Positions 55,042-64,000 of a stretch of 64,000 nucleotides of DNA are shown piece by piece. The stretch comes from Dehalococcoidia bacterium (lineage in GTDB: Bacteria > Chloroflexota > Dehalococcoidia > UBA6926), in contig OZ243973.1 in NCBI GenBank assembly GCA_965214725.1, positions 801,938-865,937 of the forward strand, written 5' to 3'. The notes beneath the pieces are model-generated. The model was not told the origin of the DNA. It ran no database searches and saw only the letters and a program-made list of their open reading frames with translations. The translations under genes and the position numbers were made by a program. Positions within the stretch are counted from its first letter, which is position 1, and every line of letters begins with the position of its first letter.

Positions 55042-56229
55042 ATGGCCTCGGACTCTTTGAGCGTGACCGATAACAGGACCGGCAAGCAGTATGAACTGCC
55101 CATCGCTGAGGGGGCTGTCCGTGCCGCGGACCTGAGACAGATCAAGACCTCCGATGATGACTTCGGTCTCATGAGTTATGACCCGTCTCTGCTGAATACG
55201 GCCAGCGTGCGCAGCTCCGTGACGTACATTGACGGCGATGCCGGCATTCTGCGCTACCGCGGCTACCCGATTGAGCAGTTGGCGGAGCACTCCACCTACA
55301 TGGAGATTGTGTATCTGCTCCTCAACGGGGAGCTGCCCACCCCCGCCCAGCTCCTCTCATTTGAGTCGGACATCCGCTATCGCACCATGGTGTTGGAAGC
55401 CGTGCGGGAGCAGATGGAAACCTACCGCTATGACGCCCACCCCATGGGGATGCTGCTCGGCACAATGGGCACCATGAGCACCTACTACCCGGAATCACGG
55501 AACATCACAGACCCGGATTCACGGAGAGTGCAGACCGTCCGCGCCATCGGCAAGGTCGCCACCGTCGCCGCATGGTGTTACCGCCACACACTGAGCTACC
55601 CGTTCATCTATCCCGATAATGATTTGACCTACACCGGCAACTTCCTCAACATGCTCTTCCGCATGGTTGAGCCCAAGTATGTGCCAAACCCGGCCATTGA
55701 ACGCGCCATTGACGTGCTGTTTATCCTGCATGCCGACCATGAACAGAATGCGAGCGCGAACGCCATGCGCGCCATCGCCAGTTCACAGGCGGATCCCTTT
55801 TCCGCGCTTGCCGGCGCGATAGGCTCACTCTCCGGCCCGCTCCATGGCGGCGCGAACGAGGCAGTCATCCGCATGTTGCAGCAGATCGGCAGCATCATCA
55901 AGACAATGGCAGACCAGGTCTTTGAGGTGACGGGCGTCAACCCGCTGCTTGAAATCGCGCTCGAGTTGGAGCGCATCGCCCTGCAGGATGATTTCTTCGT
56001 CTCGCGGCAGCTCTACCCCAACGTTGATTTCTACTCAGGCCTCATCTATCAGGCCATGGGGTTCCCGGTGGAGATGTTCCCAGTCCTCTTCGCCGTCCCG
56101 CGCACGGCCGGATGGATGGCGCAGTGGAACGAGGGTATCGTAGACCGGGAGCAGCGCATCGTCCGCCCACGCCAGCTCTACATCGGCGCCGACAAGCGCG
56201 ACTACGTCCCCATCAACCAACGCAGCTAA
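55042..56229 (+). CDS. gltA: Citrate synthase
   Basis: …ILRYRGYPIEQLAE…, the HGGANE catalytic motif (SGPLHGGANEAV) and a C-terminal Asp. Confidence 0.85.
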   Translation: MASDSLSVTDNRTGKQYELPIAEGAVRAADLRQIKTSDDDFGLMSYDPSLLNTASVRSSVTYIDGDAGILRYRGYPIEQLAEHSTYMEIVYLLLNGELPTPAQLLSFESDIRYRTMVLEAVREQMETYRYDAHPMGMLLGTMGTMSTYYPESRNITDPDSRRVQTVRAIGKVATVAAWCYRHTLSYPFIYPDNDLTYTGNFLNMLFRMVEPKYVPNPAIERAIDVLFILHADHEQNASANAMRAIASSQADPFSALAGAIGSLSGPLHGGANEAVIRMLQQIGSIIKTMADQVFEVTGVNPLLEIALELERIALQDDFFVSRQLYPNVDFYSGLIYQAMGFPVEMFPVLFAVPRTAGWMAQWNEGIVDREQRIVRPRQLYIGADKRDYVPINQRS

Positions 56230-56301
56230 ACGGGGCCACAGCGACGGGCGGAAAAGCCGCCTCCGCCGGCCTCGTCTCAACCGCCCCTGCCTACTCCCCT
56301 G

Positions 56302-57042
56302 CTACCCGCTGTTCTGCCAGGGCAGGCCGCGTTTGCCTTGCATGATGTAGGACGCGGCCAGCGCGCCGATGCCGCCGCCCACGAGCGGGCCGATCCAGTA
56401 CACGTAGTGGTCTGTCCAGTATCCCGCTACCAGCGCAGGCGCGAACGCGCGCGCCGGATTCAGCGCGGCTCCCGTCAACGGCCCGCCCATCAGCGCGCCC
56501 AGCGTGATGGTCATGCCGATGGCGAGCGGCGCAATCATGCCCGGGCCGTTCTCATCCACTGCCACCTGAAAGATCACAAACACGAGTATGAACGTCAGCG
56601 CAGCCTCAATGAGGATGCCCATCGCCGGCGTGACGTCGCCATGCAGGGCTGTTGCGCCCAGATTGGTCGATTCCACAGCGTTGGCGAGGTCGGTCATGTC
56701 ACCGCCGCCGGTAAAGGCAATGTTCAGGACAAGCACGCCGATGATTCCACCAAGCAGCTGCGAGCCCCAATAGGCCAACGCCGTGAGCGGGGCAATCTTT
56801 CCGGCGACAAGGAATCCGAACGTGACGGCCGGATTGAAATGGCCACCGGAGATGTGGCCGACGGCGGACACGCCGATAAAGATGGCGAGGCCGTGCGCGA
56901 ATGCAATCACAATCAGGTTGTCGCCGCCCGGCGAGGTTGCCGTCGCCGTCATAATCGACCCTGCGCCGATCAAGAGCAGCACAAAAGCCCCGAATGCCTC
57001 CGCCACGGACATCTTGAGAATACCCGGTATCTGCACGGTCAC
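56302..57042 (-). CDS. MIP-family channel (aquaporin/glycerol facilitator)
   Basis: Two NPA motifs (SGGHFNPAVT; NPARAF) and six TM helices. Confidence 0.85.
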   Translation of the reverse strand: MTVQIPGILKMSVAEAFGAFVLLLIGAGSIMTATATSPGGDNLIVIAFAHGLAIFIGVSAVGHISGGHFNPAVTFGFLVAGKIAPLTALAYWGSQLLGGIIGVLVLNIAFTGGGDMTDLANAVESTNLGATALHGDVTPAMGILIEAALTFILVFVIFQVAVDENGPGMIAPLAIGMTITLGALMGGPLTGAALNPARAFAPALVAGYWTDHYVYWIGPLVGGGIGALAASYIMQGKRGLPWQNSG

Positions 57043-57061
57043 CTCCCGATACGTTGAACGT

Positions 57062-58102
57062 CTAGCTTGTTGTTAGCACAATCTTGCCAAAGAAATCGCG
57101 TGATTCCATGAGGCGGTGGGCCTCTGCCGTCTCTGACAACGGAAGGACGCGCCCAACGGCGCCCCGCAGTTTGCCCTGGTGAACAAGCCGCATGACCGTC
57201 TCAAAGTCGGACGTCCGGAACCCGCCAATGCCCATGATCTCCAGCCCGCGCAGGAACGTCTGCCCGAGGTGGAGGGAGACGCGGTGGCCGGCCGTCACGC
57301 CACACGTGACAAAGCGCCCTTGCCTCCCCATGACGCGGAAACTGCCGTCCCACAGCGGCGCGCCCACGTTGTCGATGACTGCATCCACGCCCTCATTTTC
57401 TGTGAGCGCCATGACGATCTCCGGCCATGTCTCGCCGTCCGCGTAGCTGACACACTCATCCGCGCCCAGTTCACGCGCGCGCTCCAATTTCCAGTCCGCG
57501 CCGGCCGTAGCAATGACACGGCACCCGAGCAGCTTCGCGATCTGCAGCGCGGCCGTCCCCACACCGCTGCCGATGGCGTGAATGAGAACCGTCTCGCCGG
57601 GCTGAACGCGCGCCTTTGTCGTCAACATACGCCACGCCGTCTTGAAAACGATGGGCATGGCAGCCGCCTCCTCGAATGACAGCGAATCCGGGATGATATG
57701 CACGGCGCGGGCGGGGACGGCAATCATCTCGGCGTAGGCGCCATGGACGCGGGAGCCGAGATCGAACCGATCCGCGCAGTCCTCGTCCCTGCCGAGCCGG
57801 CAATAGCGGCACATCTGGCACGGCATACGGGGATCAACCACCACCCGCGTGCCGGGCACCATACCGGCCTCCAACGCGGGCAGGCCGGCGTCGAGCACCT
57901 CCCCTGCCAGGTCAAGACCGAGGATGCGCGGCAGACCGACCATCACGCCGTTCTCGCCGGCGCGCGCATTCAGGTCAAAGCGGTTCACGGATGCGGCCCG
58001 GATGCGGATCAGGACGCGGTCATCGCTCATCTCCGGGTCCGGCATATCACCGTAGATCAGATTGTCCGGCCCGCCTCGTTCCTCGATATAGACGGCCTTC
58101 AT
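57062..58102 (-). CDS. Zinc-type/MDR-superfamily alcohol dehydrogenase-like oxidoreductase
   Basis: MKAVYIEERGGPDNL…; GroES-like N-domain plus the Rossmann GxGxxG motif (AIGSGVGTAA). Confidence 0.8.
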   Translation of the reverse strand: MKAVYIEERGGPDNLIYGDMPDPEMSDDRVLIRIRAASVNRFDLNARAGENGVMVGLPRILGLDLAGEVLDAGLPALEAGMVPGTRVVVDPRMPCQMCRYCRLGRDEDCADRFDLGSRVHGAYAEMIAVPARAVHIIPDSLSFEEAAAMPIVFKTAWRMLTTKARVQPGETVLIHAIGSGVGTAALQIAKLLGCRVIATAGADWKLERARELGADECVSYADGETWPEIVMALTENEGVDAVIDNVGAPLWDGSFRVMGRQGRFVTCGVTAGHRVSLHLGQTFLRGLEIMGIGGFRTSDFETVMRLVHQGKLRGAVGRVLPLSETAEAHRLMESRDFFGKIVLTTS

Positions 58103-58117
58103 GACCGTGCCGCCCTA

Positions 58118-58282
58118 TCCTTATCCATTCGGGGCGGACTCAGAGCCCGGCATCCCCTCCGGTTCCCGGATCTTGCTGTGCATGGCAATGTACAGCGTCG
58201 GCACGACGAGTACAACAACGAACCCCAAGAGCACAATCGGCCCGAGAATCAACAGGGCAACAACCGTTGGAATAGCCCACAT
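58118..58282 (-). CDS. Small (54 aa) hydrophobic membrane peptide, unannotated in the ORF track (<60 aa)
   Basis: MWAIPTVVALLILGPIVLLGFVVVLVVPTLYIAMHSKIREPEGMPGSESAPNG, with a strong GGAGGAAAGAGG RBS 6 nt upstream. Confidence 0.35.
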
Positions 58283-58294
58283 ACCTCTTTCCTC

Positions 58295-59386
58295 CTATCC
58301 CTCATCGCGAGCGAGCGTTGCGCTCGCCCCCGCAACCGTGTCGGCAGCATCCAGCCCACGCCCGGTGGCGAGCAGGGCGGCCATGCGGATGGCGGCGGCC
58401 ATGCTGACAGCCTCCGCCACGCCCGCCCCGGCGATATCATACGCCGTGCCGTGATCGACAGACGTCCGCACAAACGGCAAGCCCAGATTCACGCTGACGC
58501 TCCCATGGAAGTCATGCATCTTGACGGCAATGTGCCCCTGGTCATGGTAGAGCGCGAGAACGGCATCATAATCGCCAGCCGCGCCGCGTAGGAAAACGGA
58601 GTCGGCCGGCATCGGCCCCTCGGCCGCAATGCCCTCTGCGACAGCCTGCTCAACGGCGGGCGCGATCTCCTCGATCTCCTCACGCCCGAGGAGGCCGTTG
58701 TCGCCGCCATGGGGATTGAGGGCGGCGACGGCGATGCGCGGCGCAGTGACACCCCACTGCCGAAAGGTCTTGTCCGTCAAGCGGAGGCGTGACAGCACCC
58801 GCTCCTTGGTGACGTGGACGTGCGCCTCACTGAACGGGACATGCGTCGTCAGGTGCACGGCGCGGAGGCGGCGCGCCACAAGCATGGTGGCGATGTCCGT
58901 GATGCTGGCCATTCGCGCGAGCACCTCTTGATGGCCGATCTCCGTGTACCCGGCCAGATTCACCGCCTCCTTGTTGATCGGCGCGGTTGAGATGGCATGG
59001 ATGTGGCCCTCCAGAGCGAGGGTGGCGGCGGATTCTATGGCCGTGATGGACGCAACACCGCCGGCGATGGTCGCCTCGCCAAACGGAACCTCAGCGGCGC
59101 CGGCCGTCGGCACGCTCCACACCGGAACCCGCCCGCCGCCCCATGCGCCATCCGCAAGTTGGTCATGGGATTCAACGGCAACAAGGGAGAGACCGTTCGC
59201 GAATCGACGCGCAGATGCCTCAGCGACGGCATAATCGCCAACGATCAGCGGCCTGCAGACGGCCGGGGGCAGCGCGGCGGCGTCAGCAATGGCCTTGACG
59301 ACCACCTCAGGCCCGATGCCGGCGGGGTCGCCAAGCGTGATCCCAACAATGGGCGGCAAAGCGCCGCCGCTGTCATCATTCGTCAT
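58295..59386 (-). CDS. pdxA: 4-hydroxythreonine-4-phosphate dehydrogenase PdxA
   Basis: …ITLGDPAGIGPEVVVKA… and a conserved metal-binding His pattern. Confidence 0.85.
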   Translation of the reverse strand: MTNDDSGGALPPIVGITLGDPAGIGPEVVVKAIADAAALPPAVCRPLIVGDYAVAEASARRFANGLSLVAVESHDQLADGAWGGGRVPVWSVPTAGAAEVPFGEATIAGGVASITAIESAATLALEGHIHAISTAPINKEAVNLAGYTEIGHQEVLARMASITDIATMLVARRLRAVHLTTHVPFSEAHVHVTKERVLSRLRLTDKTFRQWGVTAPRIAVAALNPHGGDNGLLGREEIEEIAPAVEQAVAEGIAAEGPMPADSVFLRGAAGDYDAVLALYHDQGHIAVKMHDFHGSVSVNLGLPFVRTSVDHGTAYDIAGAGVAEAVSMAAAIRMAALLATGRGLDAADTVAGASATLARDEG

Positions 59387-59567
59387 AACCCCCCTATTGT
59401 ACGCCCTACACCGCGTCCGTATTCACGCCAACCCTCCCCCAAGGAGAGCGGGGGCACCCAATCCGGAAAGGGGGACCCAACCGTCCGTCATGCCGGCAGG
59501 GGACGAATGGCGAGGCGCAATACCATCCGTCACGCCGGAAGGGGCCAGCATCCACCTTGAGTGCGTC

Positions 59568-59699
59568 TGTCATTCCGAGCGCAGCCGAGGAATCTAAAGG
59601 GCCGCCCCATGGACAACGTGAATGGCGCAACCTACTCGCCGTGGCCACCTGCTTGCGGGATTCTTCGGCCCCGCGCTAGCGCGCTGCGCTCAGAATGAC
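59568..59699. repeat. Two REP2-family elements (short form 59568-59594; long form with palindromic core 59657-59699)
   Basis: gtcattccgagcgcagccgaggaatc … ggattcttcggccccgcgctagcgcgctgcgctcagaatgac. Confidence 0.75.
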
Positions 59700-59735
59700 A
59701 GGAAGGGGAGCGCGCGAAGGGCATGAGGAGGGGGC

Positions 59736-60620
59736 ATGAGTGTGGAGGAGGGGCGAGTGGTCAGCACAATCGGCGGCCGATACGGCTTAGCGCTCGCGGT
59801 GGCGGCGGCAGCTGCTGGACTTTCTGCCTCAGCTCTCGCAACGGTGGGGATGCTGTCTGCCTTCGAATGGGTCTATGAGAGCGAGACGTTTCCGGGGAGT
59901 GGATGGGCGATCGGGCTCGCCATAGCACGAGCGCTCCTTATCCCGGTTATGCTCGTTCTCGTCATCCGAATGACGCGAAGAGCCATACGAATCTCACGGC
60001 AGGATCATAAGGTGGTCCCGCGCACAGCAAACACGGCCATCCTGTATTACGGCGTGACGGCCGCCTACCTCTCTTTGGGCATGTTCATACCGATCTTTTG
60101 GGTTGTTGTTCCTGTACTCATTGAACCAATCCTCTATCCGTTGGCTGCAGTCTTCCTGCTTGTGACGACTGTCCGCGCAATCCGGTTTGATGGGAACCTG
60201 CCGGGTGACCCACTTCTATCACCGCAGAAGGCTGCGCTCGTTATTGCAGTCGGTTTAGCCATCGTCTTTGGGGCAAGCGTGGGCTATGCGTATTTTGCCT
60301 CCTCAGCAGACCTTGGTGAGTGCATCCTCGGACAATGCTCATTCAGTCGAACGCTCGGCGTTATCGGCCTTATGGCCTCCACTGCTGTTCCAGTGGCGAC
60401 GATGGCCGTATGGGGTCTCCATTCGACTTTGCAGACAGCGCAACGAGGAGTCATCGGCGTACTGGGGTTTGCGTGCCTTGCCCTCCTGTTCCCGATTGCC
60501 GTCCTGCCGACATTCGTCCTGCCGTATAACGCCTTCGTGCCGGCCTTCTTCTACGGCGCGGCGGCGTTCCTATTCCTACTCGCCGTCATAGCACGCAAAG
60601 ACGCTCCCGACGACAGCTAG
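59736..60620 (+). CDS. Hypothetical polytopic membrane protein (at least 7 predicted TM segments)
   Basis: Long hydrophobic stretches and no recognisable motif. Bounded by REP2 copies at 59568-59699 and REP1/REP2 copies at 60679-60825. Confidence 0.45.
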   Translation: MSVEEGRVVSTIGGRYGLALAVAAAAAGLSASALATVGMLSAFEWVYESETFPGSGWAIGLAIARALLIPVMLVLVIRMTRRAIRISRQDHKVVPRTANTAILYYGVTAAYLSLGMFIPIFWVVVPVLIEPILYPLAAVFLLVTTVRAIRFDGNLPGDPLLSPQKAALVIAVGLAIVFGASVGYAYFASSADLGECILGQCSFSRTLGVIGLMASTAVPVATMAVWGLHSTLQTAQRGVIGVLGFACLALLFPIAVLPTFVLPYNAFVPAFFYGAAAFLFLLAVIARKDAPDDS

Positions 60621-60678
60621 CGCCCGAGTCCCCCTCGCCCCTTTTCCCACGCAATTCCGACACGAACGGGGCCGCCCG

Positions 60679-60710
60679 GATGGATACCCGCTTTCGCGGG
60701 TATGAGGGGA
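60679..60710. repeat. REP1-family element
   Basis: ggatggatacccgctttcgcgggtatgagggga. Confidence 0.8.
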
Positions 60711-60747
60711 AGGGAGCGAGCGGGGGACGCGAGTATGAGGGGACTCT

Positions 60748-60825
60748 AGTATGTCATTCTCAGCCAAATGGTATGTCATTCTCAGCGAAATAGTATGTCA
60801 TTCTGAGCGCAGCGAAGAATCCCGC
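60748..60825. repeat. Three tandem ~23-bp units derived from the REP2 half-site (gtatgtcattctcagcNaaat) ending in a full REP2
   Basis: gtatgtcattctcagccaaatg gtatgtcattctcagcgaaata gtatgtcattctgagcgcagcgaagaatcc. Confidence 0.8.
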
Positions 60826-60839
60826 AACGCGCCCTGCCG

Positions 60840-62096
60840 TCAAATCTGGCGTAGGCGTGGCGTCGTTACTGTGATCAGCAACACGAAAACGATCAACATC
60901 AGGCCGTTGAAGATGATGGCGAACTGCGGCGTCGTGAAATCAGACAGCGCGCCAACCTCCAGATGCCCGGCCGGGCCGGCGCCCACGCCCATCACCCAGA
61001 TCCCCATCGCCCTGCCGCGTTGCTCCTCGCCCACGGCGAGCTGCAAAGCCGCCTGCTGCAGCGTGTCAAAGATCGCCGCCATCGTCCCCGCCAGACCCAA
61101 GAAAATCAGCGCAGTCACAATCCATGGCTGTGAGCCGAAGGCGGCGAGGCTCAGCCCGAATAGCGCGCTCGCAACCAGCAGCGTCTTGCCGCGCGGCAGC
61201 CGGTCACCGATAAACGCGAGGGTGACAACCCCCAGAACGGACCCGACGGCACGCGAGGCGACCATGATGCCGAACCCTTGCTCGCCAATCTCCAGCACAT
61301 CACGCGCGAAGATGGAAATCATGACGATGTGCGAGAAGGCGAATATCTCTGTGGCGACGGACAGGAGCAGCAGTGCGCGCACGGACGGATTCCGTCCAAC
61401 AAGGCTGAGCGCCACGCCGAATGACTGCCGGACAGATGGCTGTTCCGGCGCGCCGAGTCCCGGGCGGGAGGCGGTGCGTGTGAAAAAGAGGATGCCCAGC
61501 GCGAGCGCATAGCCGCCCGCCATGATCAGAAATGTCCCGCCGATTCCGAGCACGCCCAGCAGAACACCGCCCAGCAGGCCCCCAAATACCCCCATGAGAC
61601 GCTGAGCGAATTGCGTCAGGGCGAGGCCGTTCACCACAAAGCGGCTCCCCACAATGTCATGCACATACGCTTGCCGCGTCGGCATGAGAAAGGCGTTCAC
61701 CGTGCCGTACAGAAAGGCGCCGCTGATGGCGACAGGGATGGTGAGGAGGCCGTTCAGCTCCAGCACGCCCAGCACGGCGCTCAGCGCCAGGTTGCAGGCG
61801 ACGATGACACGCAGCAGGATGCGCCGCTCAAGCCGGTCCGCTATTGTGCCGGCAACAAGGCCGAAGAGCAGGAACGGGGCGAGGCGGGCGGCCTCCGCCG
61901 CTCCAACCAGAAATGCGGAGTCAGACATCTGGAGCACCAGCCAGCCCAACGTGAGCTGCTGCATCCAGAACCCCATGGCCATGGGCATGGTGGCCGCCCA
62001 CAGGACACGGAAATCCCGGAATTGGAGTGTGCGGAGCGGTCCGGCGAGCAGGAGGCCGGTCGTTGCGGACGGAGGGTTGTCGGTTGGGTCTGCCAC
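60840..62096 (-). CDS. MFS transporter
   Basis: 12-TM organisation; MFS motif A-like G(x)LxDRxGRR (GTIADRLERR). Confidence 0.8.
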   Translation of the reverse strand: MADPTDNPPSATTGLLLAGPLRTLQFRDFRVLWAATMPMAMGFWMQQLTLGWLVLQMSDSAFLVGAAEAARLAPFLLFGLVAGTIADRLERRILLRVIVACNLALSAVLGVLELNGLLTIPVAISGAFLYGTVNAFLMPTRQAYVHDIVGSRFVVNGLALTQFAQRLMGVFGGLLGGVLLGVLGIGGTFLIMAGGYALALGILFFTRTASRPGLGAPEQPSVRQSFGVALSLVGRNPSVRALLLLSVATEIFAFSHIVMISIFARDVLEIGEQGFGIMVASRAVGSVLGVVTLAFIGDRLPRGKTLLVASALFGLSLAAFGSQPWIVTALIFLGLAGTMAAIFDTLQQAALQLAVGEEQRGRAMGIWVMGVGAGPAGHLEVGALSDFTTPQFAIIFNGLMLIVFVLLITVTTPRLRQI

Positions 62097-62102
62097 GGCG
62101 CG

Positions 62103-63149
62103 CTAAGCGCCTGACGCGCTTTCTGAATTCACGCCGCCATCAAAGACGCTGCCCGCCTCAACCGACGCGCCGGCCGGCACAACGGCGCCCTGTGCGACAA
62201 TCACGCCCCGGAGCGTCGACGCCGCGCCGATGCGTGCACCGGCCAACACGACACTGTCCTCGACGTGAGCCGCGTCCTCAACCATGACACCGTCACCCAG
62301 CACAACCGGTCCCACAATGCGAGCGGCCTCACCAATGGATACACCGTTGGCAATGCTGACGGGTTCATCGATGCGGGCTGAGGCGTGCACCGTCGGAGCA
62401 GTTGCGGGCTGCGCGAGCGGGCGGTGGGACGGCGCCGCCCCGGTGAGGACATCGCGGTTGAGCCGGAGGTAGCTCTCCGGGGTGCCCATGTCCATGAAAT
62501 AGCCATCCCACGGGAATGTCCCGATCTCCACACCGGACATCAAGGCGGCCGGAAACAGATCTCGCTCGAACATCGAGAACCCATCACCGATGAAGTTGAA
62601 CATCTCCGGCTCCACCACATACGCGCCACTGTTCACCGTGTGGGCCGGGAAACGGGGGCCGGGCGGCTTCTCCACAAAGCGGCTGACATAGCCGATGCCG
62701 TCCACAGCAACAACACCATAGCGCGAGGGGTCATCAACCGTGTGAACGGCGAGCGTGGCATACTCGCGTCGCTCAACGTGCTGGTCAACCATGGCGGCAA
62801 GGTCAATCTCCGTCACGCAATCACCGTTGAGGACAAGGAACGTTTCCTTGAGTTCCGGCAAGAGGGCGCGCACGGCGCCGGACGTGCCGAGCGGCGCGTC
62901 CTCGACAACATAGTCGATTTCCAGCCCATACGCCCCGCCGTCACCGAAACGGTCAATCAACGGCTGCGCGCGGTAGCCGAGCGCCATAATCACCCGGGTC
63001 ACACCCGCCGCTCGCAGGTGGTCAAGCATGTACTCAAAGAACGGGCGGTTCGCGACCGGCAGAACGGGTTTCGGCATGGTGGCCGTGAGGGGGCGCAAGC
63101 GTGTGCCCTCCCCACCCGCAAGAACAACGGCGGTCAGGCCGCTCAACAT
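62103..63149 (-). CDS. Sugar-phosphate nucleotidyltransferase (GlmU/RmlA/mannose-1-P guanylyltransferase-like) with a C-terminal left-handed beta-helix
   Basis: N-terminal VVLAGGEGTRLRPLT signature; C-terminal hexapeptide repeats. Confidence 0.75.
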   Translation of the reverse strand: MLSGLTAVVLAGGEGTRLRPLTATMPKPVLPVANRPFFEYMLDHLRAAGVTRVIMALGYRAQPLIDRFGDGGAYGLEIDYVVEDAPLGTSGAVRALLPELKETFLVLNGDCVTEIDLAAMVDQHVERREYATLAVHTVDDPSRYGVVAVDGIGYVSRFVEKPPGPRFPAHTVNSGAYVVEPEMFNFIGDGFSMFERDLFPAALMSGVEIGTFPWDGYFMDMGTPESYLRLNRDVLTGAAPSHRPLAQPATAPTVHASARIDEPVSIANGVSIGEAARIVGPVVLGDGVMVEDAAHVEDSVVLAGARIGAASTLRGVIVAQGAVVPAGASVEAGSVFDGGVNSESASGA

Positions 63150-63188
63150 CGGCTGCTGGCGCTGCCCGGACGACGATGACTCGCCCGG

Positions 63189-64000
63189 CTAATCATCATC
63201 CGGAATGCCCGCCTCGCGGCGGAGAGCGTCAGCCTTGTCCGTTTGCTCCCACGGGAGGTCGACGTCCATGCGGCCGAAATGGCCGTATGCAGCAACCTGG
63301 CGATAGATGGGCTGGCGCAGGTTGAGGTCGCGGATAATCGCGCCGGGCCGCAGATCAAAGTTCTGCTGAATCAGGCTTTGTATGACAGTGTCATCTATGC
63401 GCCCTGTCCCATACGTCTCAACAGCAATGGATGCCGGGGTCGCCATCCCGATGACGTATGCGAGCTGGATCTCGCAGCGTTCCGCGATGCCCGCTGCCAC
63501 AATGTTCTTGGCGATATAGCGCGCCATGTAGGCGCCGGAGCGATCAACCTTCGTCGGGTCTTTGCCTGAGAACGCCCCTCCACCGTGCTTGTAGCCGCCG
63601 CCATACGTATCGACAAGGATCTTGCGTCCCGTCAGGCCCGCGTCCGCCATGGGGCCGCCCAGCACAAAGCGTCCGGACGCATTGATGTGGTACTTGGTGT
63701 CCCGGTCCAGGAGGTCATGCGGGACAACCTCGCGGATAACCAGTTCACGCAGGTCACGCTGCAGCGCCTCATTGCTCACCTCAGGGTCATGCTGCGCCGC
63801 CAGCGTGATGCTGTCCACGCGGACCGGCCGCCCATTCCGGTATTCAACGGTCACTTGTGATTTGCCGTCAGGCCTCAGATAGGGGAGCTGGCCGTTCCTG
63901 CGCACCTGCGCGAGTTTCGCGACTAGCAGGTGGGAGAGATAGATGGGCATCGGCATCAGGGATGGTGTCTCAGAGCAGGCAAAGCCGATCATTATTCCCT
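63189..64000 (-). CDS. metK: S-adenosylmethionine synthetase (MetK), C-terminal ~270 aa; the gene continues beyond the window end
   Basis: [32 protein letters not shown] signature. The ORF is open at position 64000. Confidence 0.85.
   Translation of the reverse strand, partial: GIMIGFACSETPSLMPMPIYLSHLLVAKLAQVRRNGQLPYLRPDGKSQVTVEYRNGRPVRVDSITLAAQHDPEVSNEALQRDLRELVIREVVPHDLLDRDTKYHINASGRFVLGGPMADAGLTGRKILVDTYGGGYKHGGGAFSGKDPTKVDRSGAYMARYIAKNIVAAGIAERCEIQLAYVIGMATPASIAVETYGTGRIDDTVIQSLIQQNFDLRPGAIIRDLNLRQPIYRQVAAYGHFGRMDVDLPWEQTDKADALRREAGIPDDD

Overview
High-GC (roughly 65-68%) bacterial chromosomal window. The backbone is housekeeping: the pstCAB-pstB2-phoU phosphate transport operon, rho, pyrG, thrS, infC-rpmI-rplT, the ribD-ribE-ribBA-ribH riboflavin operon, dcd, lepB, HU, citrate synthase, an aquaporin, pdxA and metK (partial). 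There is also an acyl-CoA metabolism theme: three family III CoA-transferase genes, one of them a tandem-domain fusion; the two subunits of an ADP-forming acetyl-CoA synthetase; and MeaB. Between these sit several lower-GC or repeat-bounded accessory islets. They carry two GmrSD-like DUF262/DUF1524 type IV restriction-like genes, one flanked by paralogous retropepsin-like aspartyl proteases. They also carry two DUF433/DUF5615 PIN-like toxin-antitoxin-like modules, a hicB/hicA-like pair with hicA degraded by a repeat, a GIY-YIG nuclease, tandem mosaic Uma2 endonuclease paralogs beside an HNH endonuclease, and a two-gene islet encoding a small coiled-coil membrane protein plus an Mrr-cat-like nuclease fused to a glycine-zipper membrane segment. 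A ~1280-aa acidic secreted protein gene is flanked on both sides by clusters of small paralogous XhlA-like genes (N-terminal coiled coil, C-terminal membrane anchor) embedded in G-homopolymer tracts and REP elements. A lipoprotein peroxiredoxin gene has an in-frame TGA exactly at the catalytic Cys of its CxxC motif, followed by a bSECIS-like hairpin; this is a candidate selenoprotein. Two dispersed palindromic REP-like repeat families (at least 9 and at least 10 copies) and several tandem-repeat arrays punctuate the window; one REP copy lies in-frame inside meaB and another overwrites the hicA 3' end. Organism assignment (Chloroflexi/Thermomicrobia-like) is inference only, from the Rho N-terminal extension, class E-like sortase and multiple Uma2 genes.
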